A program made the translations under genes and the position numbers. A model generated the notes under the pieces. The model had not been told where the DNA came from and made no database searches. It saw only the letters and a program-made list of their open reading frames with translations. 64,000 nt of DNA. It comes from a virus (taxonomy: Duplodnaviria > Caudoviricetes). Each line of letters opens with the position of its first letter. The first letter of the stretch is position 1. Below, piece after piece: positions 9,343-20,320 of this stretch. The stretch is from IMG/VR virus record IMGVR_UViG_3300029967_000162, positions 1-64,000 of that record; one strand, written 5' to 3'.

Positions 9343-11991
9343 ATGCAAAACTTGAATGTGCCAGCAATGCTGAGATATGATGTGTCTAAGCCTGCATTGC
9401 CTGGAAAGATTCTCTCAATCAATGAGTCTGCCAACACATGCAACATGTCTTTCAAGCTCAGAGATGGGAGAACCAAGACATACAGAGACATACCAATGCC
9501 TTCAGTTGTGGTAGATGAAGGCTTCTTGGACACAGTGAAGCAAGCTGGCCAGAAGGTAGGCCGTGCTATATCTAAGGCAGTGAATTGAGTTGTCGCAAAG
9601 GTGAAAGGATGGCTTGTGCTTCAAGCTGAGGACGGCAATGTCATCCCTACATGCAATGCTCCTATCAACCTTGCGATCCAGCAAGCACAAGGCAAGACCA
9701 ACACTCACTCTATGCTCTTCATGCCTTCTGCAAGCCTCATCTCTCAAGCTTCTCAGCAAGGTGCAAAGATAGACAAAGTCACTTATGACGACCCGTCTGA
9801 CCGTGCAGCAGTCAACAAGTTCTGGAAGCGCGTCATCAAGGAGTATGGCACATCCAACAAGACTCTTGAAGAGTCTGTGAAGCATGTCAATGAGAGCTAC
9901 TATCGTGACTCTAGAGCTTTCAAGAGCTTGAATGAGTCTGCGATCGCTTCTCTTGACGCTCCTAAAGACATGGCAATCCACAATGTCAACTCTGCTGAGC
10001 TCATGGACCTCATCTACAACTCTATTGAGCAGCAGTGCGCAAATGCTCCTGGCAAGGCAGACATACACCCAGCAGTGCCAATGATTTGGGGTGCACCAGG
10101 CATTGGCAAGTCAGCAATCATCAAGCAGACTGCAAAGTTCATGCAGAAGATGAATGGATCATCTTTCAGCATGCAAGTAGTGAACTGCCCAACCATACAG
10201 CCAGAAGACTTCACACTCCCAGCTGAAGTCGAGACAGCAGTTGGATCTAAGGCAGTCGTCGACATACCTAAGAAGTGGCTTCCAGTCTATGATCCTAATG
10301 TAGAGAACGTTGAGGAAGTCGATGCATTCTACAATGGCAACTTGAGCATGAGCGGCAAGTATGACGGCGGCATACTCTTCATGGATGAGTACTCTCGCAT
10401 GAACTATCGCTCTTCAAACATCTTCCTCCAGCTGACTGAAGGCCGCATGTACAACTCTTATGTGATGGCATCTAGGTGAGCGATGATCGCAGCTGCCAAC
10501 AGGAAAGTCGACATGGATGCAACGAAGCGCCAAGACTACTCTTGGGACAATGCCACAGCTACAAGGTTCCAGTCTGTCAACTTCGTGCCTACTCTCCAAG
10601 AGTGGCTTGATTGGGCAACCTCTCCTGCCAAGGAAGGCTCCTCTGAGCCTAACGTAGAGCCAATCATCACAGACTTCATCAAGGAGATCGGTGAGTCAGT
10701 GTGGTACAAGTGCATCGCATTTGGCGGCTACACCCCGCAAGGCATTGAAGCTTCTCGTGCTAACATGGATGCTGCTGAAGCAGAAATTGAAGAGCTTGTC
10801 GATGATGAGCGACTCCAGTCTGAGACCACTGGCTACAACTCTCGTGAGTGGACACTCCTCTCTGACGACTACCGTGCTCGCAAGAAGAACTTGCTTGTAG
10901 ACCCGACTCGCTTTGCAGAAGGCTCTGAGAACTACAAGCGTGAAGCTGCTATCGCTGTAGACCCTGAGAAGAGAGATGCGGCTCGCAAAGCAAGGTGGCA
11001 GTTCTTCTACAACCAGAACAAGCAAGCGCTTGACCCAGGCAAGAAGTATGCAGGCGAGGATGTCTGGAAGGACACTGGCAAAGTGATGGAGTTCCTCGAC
11101 AAGTGGTTTGAGATGAAAGGCTTGCCTAAGTACACTGGTGAAGATCAGCTCCCATCTCAGAAGATCAAGGAGTACAACCAGTTCCTGAAGCTCTTCGATG
11201 CTGATGAGTGTGCACACATCTGGGAGACTGGCACGATGACCGTGCCTGAGGACATGAACAAGTACTCTTCTTCTAAGGAGATTGATGACAACCCAAGCCT
11301 CAAGTGGAAGAAGTCGTTCCAGACACAAGAGAAGGTGCTCCAGCAGCTGTTTAGCAGGTATCCTGGTGGCAACGATGCAATGAAGGCAGACTTCATGGCT
11401 GCAGTCGAGAAGACCCTCAAGTCTTGGGATGAGCCTCTTGCAGATGTCGTGGCTAGCAAGGCAGACATAGACAAGGTCAGTGATGAGTTCTTCACAATCA
11501 ACTACAACAAAGTCAGCAGAGGAAGCTCAAAGGAAGAGACAATCAACTTCTTTGTTGACAAAGATGGCGACTCTATAGAGAGCCAGTGAGGAGACATTGA
11601 GTCTGCTGCAAAGGCCGGCATTGACAAAGACAGTGCAGACTACTCTACAGTCTTCATGCTCTCGAATGGCTGCAACCTGCTTGCAGGTGGAGACAGCTTC
11701 ATGACTCGTGTGATGAACATCATCAAGTTCTTCAGCCGTGCTGCTGTGACCACTGGGTCTAACAAGGCAATCGGTGCATTCACAGCTTACATCTGTGGTG
11801 ATGCAAGCCAGAAAGCTGATGCAGAGACTGGTGAAGCTGCTTTTGACATCGAAGGCTTCAAGAGCTCTGTCCTTGGGAGCATCGTCTATGGTAGTGATGA
11901 GGTCAAGAGAGACCAGAAGAGAGTTGCAAGCTTCATTGCTGAGTTCCTTGCATTTGCAATCGCTGGTGTGAAGCATGCTCTCAATGAGTAA
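9343..11991 (+). CDS. Large AAA+ ATPase (MoxR/AAA_5-like)
   Basis: Four track ORFs join in frame via TGA 9586, 10477 and 11587 (882 aa); Walker A GAPGIGKS, Walker B ILFMDE, sensor AAAN, Arg finger TRF. Confidence 0.8.
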
Positions 11992-12014
11992 GAGGAATCT
12001 TCTCATGAATGATG

Positions 12015-12046
12015 AAAGGTCAAAGCTGAGAGCTTTGACCTTTTTT
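12015..12046 (+). terminator. Intrinsic terminator
   Basis: aaaggtcaaagc-tgaga-gctttgacctttttt. Confidence 0.85.
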
Positions 12047-12057
12047 CTTTTGCTTGA

Positions 12058-12519
12058 TTTTTCGGGAGGGCCTGTCAGTCTCTAGAAGAAAAGAAGAGTC
12101 TTCCAGTCAGTCTCTCTCATACTCTCTCTGCTAAGCCTACTAGATCTGTCTAGTTTAGTTAAAGTTTTAACTAGATCTAGTTAAAACTTTAGCTAAAGTT
12201 AAAGTCTTAACTAGATCTAGTCTAGTTAAGACTTTAACTAGATCCTTCACCGACCTTGTCCCAGACAAGAATTATATCGACTTCAGGGCGGAATGTCTAC
12301 AAAATTTTGTTAAAGTTTTATTAAAGTTTTGTTTCAAAATTGTTACAAAACTATTTCAATGGATTCTTATCTCATAATTTTCTATACTTCAAAGGCATCT
12401 CCTGAAATCATGTTCAAGAGATGCCCTAGGAATGCGACATTTTGCCCTAGTGGGCGGCTAAGCATAAGGATGATTAACTAATCAAAAGTTGGATTTTGAA
12501 GGTTTGCCGCTCCCTGGCA
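12058..12519 (-). repeat. ~460-bp non-coding element, copy A (promoter + 4 dyad repeats; candidate origin or ncRNA)
   Basis: Inverted, closely similar copy at 59937-60396; TAGACA-N17-TATAAT on - strand at 12299-12271; AGTTAA-N4-TTA(A/G)CT dyads at 12157, 12179, 12197, 12224. Confidence 0.9.
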
Positions 12520-12536
12520 CAAAGTTTCTAGAGGCC

Positions 12537-13625
12537 CTACTTCAGCGGCTTGTGCACTCCAACCATGTGGTTCACCACGACAGGCTTTGTTGCTTTCTGC
12601 TTGTATTGGACCTTTGGCCTGCTTGTGATCCTCTGGTATGGTATCTTTGTCGACTTGATTGTGTGCACTACATTGCGCTGTGTCCTCTCCAAGAAGATGT
12701 GAGTCGGCTCTGGCATCTTGCCTTCCAAGTTGTCTTGGAGTGCTTCATTTACACTATTCTTCACATGCTCAAAGTCTCTCACACCAAAGTCATTCACGCA
12801 TATGACTTGCCTGTGGCTCACTCTGATTGCTCGACATATTCGTGTGAGGTCTCTGTCTTTTGCTGCAAAGTACTCAAAGCTTGGACCTCCATCAACATGC
12901 TTGCCTAGCAACATGTTGAGGTATGTCCACACATACTGGTTGCAGTTCTTCCCATCTCTGACAGGTGTGACCCTCTCATAGAGGATGCCCCTGCACTTCT
13001 TCCAAGCTTCTTCTTGCATGCTCTTGAGCATTGGGAACACTGAATGATCAAGTGACATGAACTTCTCTCTAGAGAAGTCTCTGCCTGTGAGCTCGCCTGC
13101 AATCCTCTGAGCGACTTTGAATGATGCCCTGACTTGAGACCCAAACATGTTCCTACCATAGCAGTCTCTCCTGAATGTCCTGAACCGCGGCTTGCCATCT
13201 GTGAAGAAGTCTTCAGGTGTGCACATAGAGGTGAAGAACAAGTCATCATTCACATAGATGAAGTGCTCTGACAAGCCTGGGACAGACGACAAGAACATCT
13301 CTATCGTGCAAGAGTTGAACGTCGGCAAGAACTTGCCAGGGATGAAGTCCTTGTGGAACACCACTTTGACTTTAGGGTCATCAAGCCAGGTAGGCACTTG
13401 TGACTGCTGCATGACTACCAAGAAGATGCTGTTGATGAATGGCAAGTTCTTCTCAGCAAGCTTGATGAGCAAGTTGAGGTTGTCCCATGACCTGTACCTG
13501 TTGAGGCTGTCACCAGACTCTTCCTTCTCATGGTTGAGCTTTGTGAACTTGCGATGCACACTCTGCCACTCTGGGTCAGTGCCGTCGACATATGGCACAA
13601 CAAGGTCTATAGGATAGTCTACCAT
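12537..13625 (-). CDS. Stealth-family hexose-1-phosphate transferase
   Basis: CR1 PIDLVVPYVDGTDPEW; CR2 LPTFNSCTIE and SEHFIYVNDDLF; CR4 ICVND. Confidence 0.9.
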   Translation of the reverse strand: MVDYPIDLVVPYVDGTDPEWQSVHRKFTKLNHEKEESGDSLNRYRSWDNLNLLIKLAEKNLPFINSIFLVVMQQSQVPTWLDDPKVKVVFHKDFIPGKFLPTFNSCTIEMFLSSVPGLSEHFIYVNDDLFFTSMCTPEDFFTDGKPRFRTFRRDCYGRNMFGSQVRASFKVAQRIAGELTGRDFSREKFMSLDHSVFPMLKSMQEEAWKKCRGILYERVTPVRDGKNCNQYVWTYLNMLLGKHVDGGPSFEYFAAKDRDLTRICRAIRVSHRQVICVNDFGVRDFEHVKNSVNEALQDNLEGKMPEPTHIFLERTQRNVVHTIKSTKIPYQRITSRPKVQYKQKATKPVVVNHMVGVHKPLK

Positions 13626-13629
13626 CTCA

Positions 13630-14559
13630 CTATGCTTTCTTTGTTGGCTTCCAGGTCCTGACCTGAGAAGTGATGTGAGCAACCTTTGGAGCAGACACAA
13701 CTCTTGTGCACGTCTTCCTCACGTTGAACTGTGAAGTGCTCATAGTCCGAGGCCTAACAGGCACTCTCTGTGGGATTGCCTGCCGCTTTGGGATGCTTGT
13801 GTCTGGCTTGATCTCTGAGAGAGGCTTTGCTTTGTTGAGCAAGTCATTGAACCCCCTCTTCACTCTGTCTTGTGAGAACCTGTAATGCCCTCCTCAGCCA
13901 TGGAGCCTGTTCTCTTTGCCAAGCCTCTTCTTTTCATCACCATACCGAGACAAGACATAGTCTACAGACAAGAACTTGCAATGGAGCAAGAAGAGTGGCT
14001 CTGTGCACCACTTCACATTGCCAATCGGCTTGCAGATGTGGTGACCTTCATAATAGTTGATGTCTTTGATCTCTTTGGGGTTGAACAAGCAGCATTTGCT
14101 GAATGACCTGTCCACAGCACCTCTTGTCACTTGCTCTGTGATGAGATGCTCTTCTTCATAAGTTGGAAACTTCGTCGACACCATCTGGATGCCAGTCGGC
14201 TTGGCAATCGTCTCTCCACGAGACTTCATCCTCTCACACCACTCTCTGAAGCTAGATCCATCTGGCACACACGGAATCTCATCCATGTCACAGCACCAGA
14301 CAAAGTCTACATCTCCACTCTTGTGCTCTTTCCAGCAGGAGTTGAGGACTTCTTTGTTGAGCCTGTCATTCAGCTCTTTGCCATTCCCAAAAGTCCTGAC
14401 TTCTACAAATGGAGATTGCTCTCTCAAGAACTCTACACTGCCATCACTAGATCCATTGTCATACACAACTGCATGGACTGCAAAAGTCTTCCACCAGTCA
14501 AGCATGAATGGCAGGATCCTCATCTCATTCCAGCAAAGTGCATAGACTCATATCTTCAT
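13630..14559 (-). CDS. Glycosyltransferase family 2-like protein
   Basis: MKI*VYALCWNE, YDNGSSDGS, CDMDE (DxD); TGAs at 14548 and 13894 read through. Confidence 0.8.
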
Positions 14560-14560
14560 C

Positions 14561-15670
14561 CTATGCTACAAGTCCTTTTTCTTCATGTGTCTTCTCGACA
14601 TGCATCTTAGACAGCTTGTCAAGAGCAATGCTCTTCGTGATTCGCAATGTCTTCACATCAGTGCCTGGCAGCTCAAACATGTAGTCATGGAAGAGCACCT
14701 CAAAGATAGATCTCAAGCTGCGAGCACCGGTCTCCATCTCATGTGCACACTCGGCTATCTCATTAATCGCAGCACCATCTACCTTGAGTGTGATGCCATC
14801 AAATGCAAACATCTTCTTGTATTGTGAGAGGATGCCATCTTTTGCATCTCTGATGATAGAGGCATACTGCTCAGCAGAGAGTGGCTTGACATTTGTGAGC
14901 ACCGGCCACCGCCCGATGAACTCTGGGATCATCCCATACTCTTTCAAGTCAGCTTGAGTGAGTGAAGAGATGAGTGAGATGTCATCTTCCTTCTTTTGAG
15001 ATAGAGATGTGTGGTTGAAGCCAATGTGCGGCTCTTGGTGGAGCCTCTTTGAGATGATCTTCTCTATGCCTGAGAATGCTCCAAGCCCAATGAAGAGTAT
15101 GTCTTTTGTGTCGACATAAGTGAGTGGCTCATCTGGGTGCTTTCGGTTGCCTTTTGGCACACCAATGTAAGCACCTTCTAGCATAGGGAGCAGAGCTTGC
15201 TGCACACCTTCGCCAACTACGTCTCTTGTGATGTTCATGCCAGCCTGCCGTTTTGCAAGCTTGTCGACTTCATCAATGAACACAATGCCATATTGAGCAA
15301 GGGCCACGTTCCAGTCGCACTTCTCAAGGAGCCCTTTGAGGAGTGTCTCAACATCATCACCAACATATCCAGCTTGTGTGAGCGAAGTTGCGGCTTGGAT
15401 GTAGTAAGGGATACCCATGTAAGATGCCATGACTGTAGCAAGGTATGTCTTGCCACATCCTGTAGGCCCTGCGATGATTATGTTGCTCTTAGATATCTTG
15501 TCTTCTGGTGAAGCCAAGAATATACGCTTGTAGTGGTTGTAGATGCCGACTGCAAGCGTCTTGATTGCTTCATCCTGCCCTATCACATACTGAGCTGTGT
15601 AGTCATACAGCTCCCGTGGTGTGTAGAGCTTTATTGTCTTCTCACTTCCTCTTATCTGGAACTCTTTCAT
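14561..15670 (-). CDS. clpX: ClpX-like ATP-dependent protease ATPase subunit (no N-terminal Zn domain)
   Basis: [46 protein letters not shown] loop, IGF loop, TGARSLRSI. Confidence 0.92.
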   Translation of the reverse strand: MKEFQIRGSEKTIKLYTPRELYDYTAQYVIGQDEAIKTLAVGIYNHYKRIFLASPEDKISKSNIIIAGPTGCGKTYLATVMASYMGIPYYIQAATSLTQAGYVGDDVETLLKGLLEKCDWNVALAQYGIVFIDEVDKLAKRQAGMNITRDVVGEGVQQALLPMLEGAYIGVPKGNRKHPDEPLTYVDTKDILFIGLGAFSGIEKIISKRLHQEPHIGFNHTSLSQKKEDDISLISSLTQADLKEYGMIPEFIGRWPVLTNVKPLSAEQYASIIRDAKDGILSQYKKMFAFDGITLKVDGAAINEIAECAHEMETGARSLRSIFEVLFHDYMFELPGTDVKTLRITKSIALDKLSKMHVEKTHEEKGLVA

Positions 15671-15722
15671 GTTGCTAAAAAGTTGGCAAAGCTGCCTGAC
15701 TAAATTTATCTAATCTTTTGAC

Positions 15723-16145
15723 TTAAGACTTGAACTTGTGCTCTGCTTCATCTGCCACCCAGAGCTCATAGAAGAGCAGCTCTAGTGATGGGTACCCTCC
15801 TCTCACGGCAGCATTGCATGATGCTAAGAACTGCCACACTACACTTTTCATGCTCTGAGCAAATGCAATGAACACGACAAATGCCTCTTGGTCTCTTGGA
15901 TTTGCATCTTTGAGCCACCTGCTGAGCATCTCATAGTACTCTGGGTACTCACCAACAAACACCTCCATCAGTGCATATGTCACTTCAAGATAGTTGATGA
16001 CTTCATTGTTGTAGTAGATGACATAGTGGCTTGTGTCTTCAAGGTCTTCTGGCTTGTCTGTGTAGATGCCAACATCTAGGAACCCAAGGTATGAGTCACT
16101 TATCTTTGTGTACTTGTTCTGCAATCCTTGCTTCTTCTTTCTCAT
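15723..16145 (-). CDS. Hypothetical protein
   Basis: 140-aa ORF co-oriented with neighbours. Confidence 0.65.
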   Translation of the reverse strand: MRKKKQGLQNKYTKISDSYLGFLDVGIYTDKPEDLEDTSHYVIYYNNEVINYLEVTYALMEVFVGEYPEYYEMLSRWLKDANPRDQEAFVVFIAFAQSMKSVVWQFLASCNAAVRGGYPSLELLFYELWVADEAEHKFKS

Positions 16146-16299
16146 CTCTCTGTCTTAGTCGTCTCTAGTTTCTATTGGGTTCCACCACACTTGTCACTCT
16201 ATGCAAAGAGAGCGCTAAGCTCACACCCAGCACTCTCTAGTGACCCTCTTGAAAAAATGAATCTTGTGAAATCCTGAAGCTAAAAAATAAAGTCTTGTG

Positions 16300-16737
16300 C
16301 TAGAGGGTCTTCACCTCCCAAATCTCTTGCTGCTTCTGTGGGCTCTCGATGTATGACATGAACTCACGCACTTGAGCATATGGCAGACTTACAAGCATGC
16401 TGATGCATTGGTTCATGATTGGCACATCTACCTGACCAGTTGCTGGAAGCATCATCTTGGCAAGGTCTGTGAGCTTCATCTCACTGTTCCCGTTCCTGAA
16501 CACAGTGTTGTAAGGAAGCCCATCAATCACTTTGTGGAGCAACGTCGCATAGAGTGGCTTGGTGAACACAACTTGCTTGTACTGCCGAGTCTTCTGCACT
16601 GGCATGTCGCTGTCATCATCTTCTTCATCATTGCTCCTTGTCTGAGCAGCTCGCTCTTCAACAGCTTTTGCTATTGCTTGAGCTGCTTCTGGAGAGACAT
16701 CCAATCTCTCTTCCTTCTTTTCTTCTTTAGTATCCAT
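16300..16737 (-). CDS. Hypothetical protein
   Basis: 145-aa ORF, acidic N-terminus. Confidence 0.7.
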   Translation of the reverse strand: MDTKEEKKEERLDVSPEAAQAIAKAVEERAAQTRSNDEEDDDSDMPVQKTRQYKQVVFTKPLYATLLHKVIDGLPYNTVFRNGNSEMKLTDLAKMMLPATGQVDVPIMNQCISMLVSLPYAQVREFMSYIESPQKQQEIWEVKTL

Positions 16738-16754
16738 TCTTTGTCTATTGAACT

Positions 16755-17160
16755 TTAAAAGTTGAACTTCGGCATCTCCATCTTAGGCATCTCTGGCATC
16801 TTGAACTGTGGCTGCTGAGTGTTGAACTGCTTGCTCATGTCATCTGTCATCCTCCTCATGTCTCTCTGTTGGCTTGACATTGACTTGCTCTGTGCTTCAC
16901 TCTCCTCATTCTGCTTCTTGACATCTTCCTCAAACTTGTCGAGGACCATCGTTATATCATAGAATGGCATGCTGCATACATCTGAGTATGGCTGGTGAAG
17001 CTCTTTGCCAAATATGTACACAATGTTGACCCACTCATCATACTCAATCTGGAAGAACCTCAAGCAGTATGTCCCACACTTGAAGAGCCATGCCCAGCAA
17101 GGTCTCCAGACAATGTATGCATCTTGGCCCCAGTTGATTCCAAATGCCTTGAAGACGACA
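16755..17160 (-). CDS. Baseplate/tail assembly chaperone-like ORF (T4 gp51-like); start unclear
   Basis: FFQI...MPFY...EEDVKKQNEE pattern directly after a gp26-like gene; no suitably placed ATG. Confidence 0.45.
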
Positions 17161-18183
17161 TTATAGTATGTCGTCCAGGTCAACCAAGAATATTGATCTG
17201 ATCCCTCCACGAAAGTTGAGTGGCGCAGTCTGCTCCGCCCCTGCCTCATCTATGTACTTGATGTGTGGATCAATGCTTGCCTGTATGAGGTCTTTCACAC
17301 GAGCGATCAGAGAGTACTCAAATGTCCCAAATGAATAGCAGTCTATGATGAACTGCTCATAGCTGCTGTCATTGAGCCCACGATAGTCCTTGATGAGGAG
17401 TGGAGCGATCGACAAGAAGTCCGCATCCACACCTTCCTGTGCACGGGTCTTCTTGATGTAGTAGTTCTTGAGCCACTGTGACACACCAACTGAAGGAATG
17501 TAGATGTTGAGCTCTCGCACAGCTGCATTCTTGGTCTGGAATGTGAAGCACCTCTGCTGTGGGTTGTAGTGCTTCATCAGTTTCTCACTGAACTCTGCAA
17601 CCTGCACATCACCACAGTGCACTGGCACCGACTTGCCTTCAGAGATGTTGATCTTCAAGTCATTGGTGCCCTCAGGGAATGTGAAGTCACGGATTGCAAG
17701 GATGATGTAAAGCCTGTCTACCTCCTTGAGGTCCTTCCATGTAGCTGCCTCTCCAGGAAACTTGACTGAGCAGCATCTCTCAAGGACATAGTTGACCGCA
17801 TCATCAAACTCATTCACATCATTGTCAGAGATTGTTGACCAGTGGCGTATCTCACCACCAGATGCTGCACGGATAAACACCTCTGCCCCTTCAGGATAGA
17901 AGAGGCCTTGAGTTGGGAGCTGCTCTACAGGGATCTTGTTGAATCCTGCACCAATTGCATCCATGCGTGCACGAGCCTCTTGTGCTCGCTCCTGCCTAGC
18001 TTCCTGGATAGAAGCCCTTGCAGAAGGCTGCTCTCTCCTTGGCTGCTCTGCTTGCACAGGTGCTACAGCATTTGGAAGTGGTGGGTTTATCTTCTTCGTC
18101 TTGATTCCTGGCTGTGACTCTTTCACATTGTTCTCTTGCTCTGCTACAAATCCAGCAAGCAAGTCTTCACGGTTGTCTGCCAT
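17161..18183 (-). CDS. Baseplate hub/tail assembly protein (T4 gp26-like)
   Basis: LPTQGLFYP...IRAA...E, DRLYIILAIR, C-terminal PLNFRGGIRSIF. Confidence 0.55.
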   Translation of the reverse strand: MADNREDLLAGFVAEQENNVKESQPGIKTKKINPPLPNAVAPVQAEQPRREQPSARASIQEARQERAQEARARMDAIGAGFNKIPVEQLPTQGLFYPEGAEVFIRAASGGEIRHWSTISDNDVNEFDDAVNYVLERCCSVKFPGEAATWKDLKEVDRLYIILAIRDFTFPEGTNDLKINISEGKSVPVHCGDVQVAEFSEKLMKHYNPQQRCFTFQTKNAAVRELNIYIPSVGVSQWLKNYYIKKTRAQEGVDADFLSIAPLLIKDYRGLNDSSYEQFIIDCYSFGTFEYSLIARVKDLIQASIDPHIKYIDEAGAEQTAPLNFRGGIRSIFLVDLDDIL

Positions 18184-18233
18184 GTATTGTTGAAAATTTT
18201 CTTATTGATTTTAAGAGTGTATGTCAAGAATGT

Positions 18234-20291
18234 CTACGAGTAGTACTCGACTTTCCCTTCATAGAGTGTTGTAGTAGTCCCTTCAGCAGACCCATTGTCA
18301 CAGACTATCGCAAAGTACCTCTTGTCATCTGGCACTGCCATGATGGTCTTCACATTTGCCTCTGTGATGTAGAAGAGCATTGACCCAATGCCTAAGTCTG
18401 TAGAGTCTGAAGTTACAGTTGGTGCAATCTTCACTTTAGAGTTGCCAGTGGTTGGGAACACAAGCCAATAGTCATAAGCACCTGTGATGCTGTATGGCAC
18501 TCGTGACCCAGTGTTGCTCAAGCTGTAGAGCCTGAGCACATAGTTGTGCGACTCTCTGTGAAGCCTCAATGTCATCTGGCCTTGTGTGTAAGCTGTAGCA
18601 CCATCAGAAGCTTGCATGACCAAGTCTGTAGCATCATAGTACTCTCTCAAGTATGTGCTTGTATTGGCAGTGCCTGCTGCCTGCACAGTCACATCAGTCT
18701 TGGGTGTCTTGTTGACAATCTTCCATGTATAGATGTTGCCTGTGTCTATCATCACAGGGTTCTCGCCATACTTTGCATCAGCATTGCTCACAACAAGTGA
18801 TGCCTTCCTGATGATGTCGGTGCCGGTCATCCTGTTGTAGAGGTGGGAGACAAGCTGCACATCTATGGTGTCACACACCTTGCCATAGTACTCAGTGATG
18901 ATTGGCTTCCACTTTGTGCGCCAGAAGTTGCCATCACCTGTCCCTTTGCCAGCATAGTCAATGTAGTCGACTCTAGTCTCTGTCTTGGTGTACCTGCTGT
19001 TCTCTGACCTTCATGACTTCAAGATGCTAGAGTAGTTGTATGTGACTGAGATCTCATTGATGATCATCCACTTCCTAGCATCCTCTCCATAAGTGTCATA
19101 GAACTCATCAGCTGTGAGGTTGGAGTCACGCCATGCATCATCTGTCATCGGTATCGCTCCTGACTCTATGTTGTACATCACAGTCGTGTTGAGGTCGACC
19201 GCATCATATGCTTCGCCATACACTGGGTAATAGACAATGCAGTTCGTGTCAGTGTCCTCATAGAGCCTGACATTGAACATGTCTGCATTCGAGTTGAGCT
19301 TCAAGTTGCCTTCCACCTTGTTAGTGCCAAGTGTGAAAGACATTGTGTTCAAGAGCAGAGATGTGTCAAGGTATGACCTGTCAAGCAACTTGGAAGGAGC
19401 TATGGTCTTGTCATCTTTCGGCAGTGTGACAGCATCATCTTCGATTGTTGCAAACTCAATCATGATCTTGCTGTCTTGGCTCACATTCAGCCAGTCTGCA
19501 AGCACCTTCACCTTGCCAGTGAGAGTAGAAGTGTCATGATACCTACCAAGAGCATAGATGGAAGGCACTTCTACTTCAATGTACCTGTCATAGAACTTAG
19601 AGTTGATGTAGAGAGGTGTAGTGACCCATTGCGTGAGCTTGCCGAGCTGCTCTTTGAGGAAGACCCAGTTGCCAAGCACCGCATACCGTGGCACATACTT
19701 GCCGATGCTGTTGACATAGTAGTCATTGGTGAGAGCCTTGATCTTCACAGAGATGCCTGTGCAGTTGTTCATGAGGTACCCAGAGAGGAGGTAGATCCTG
19801 AGCTTGTCATATGCAAGCGTGCCTACATCCCAGTGCAGCTCTCTCTTGGTCTCAGATATCCCATCATATGTAGTCTTGTCCTCAGCATATGGCACAGAAG
19901 CATCTTCTTGGTATGAGTAGACTTTGCGAATCCAGTTGTCGTCAAGCAGATCACTCATTGCCTGCTCTGTCCATGAAGTGACTTCGCAAGCACCATAGTC
20001 TACAGACTCAACTCCATCTCCATACCATCCAAGGTAGAGGTTAGTATCATTGTTAGCATTCTCAAACTTTGTGTGGAAGATGTTGTTGTGCAAGTCTCCA
20101 AGTATGCTTTCATTCGCACAGTCAAGGAAACAGATGCTCCGGTCTAATGACTGGTAGAGCATCGGCCTATGGTAGGTGAGCTGGAAGTCATTCTTGTTGC
20201 TCGCCTCCGAGCCTTCCGTGGAAAATTTATCATACGAGTAGGTCAAAATGATCTGTGGAGTGACCTGGAATATCTTGCTAATCTCTGCCAT
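18234..20291 (-). CDS. Putative virion structural protein (685 aa)
   Basis: Two track ORFs joined by in-frame TGA 19011; ATAAATA upstream. Confidence 0.65.
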
Positions 20292-20320
20292 TAGTCTCTA
20301 GCTGGTTCTACTTTGAATAT

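Noticed and set aside
12150-12245. Short repeats resembling a mini CRISPR array
   Set aside because: Units are 16-bp dyads separated by 2-11 nt, with no unique spacers
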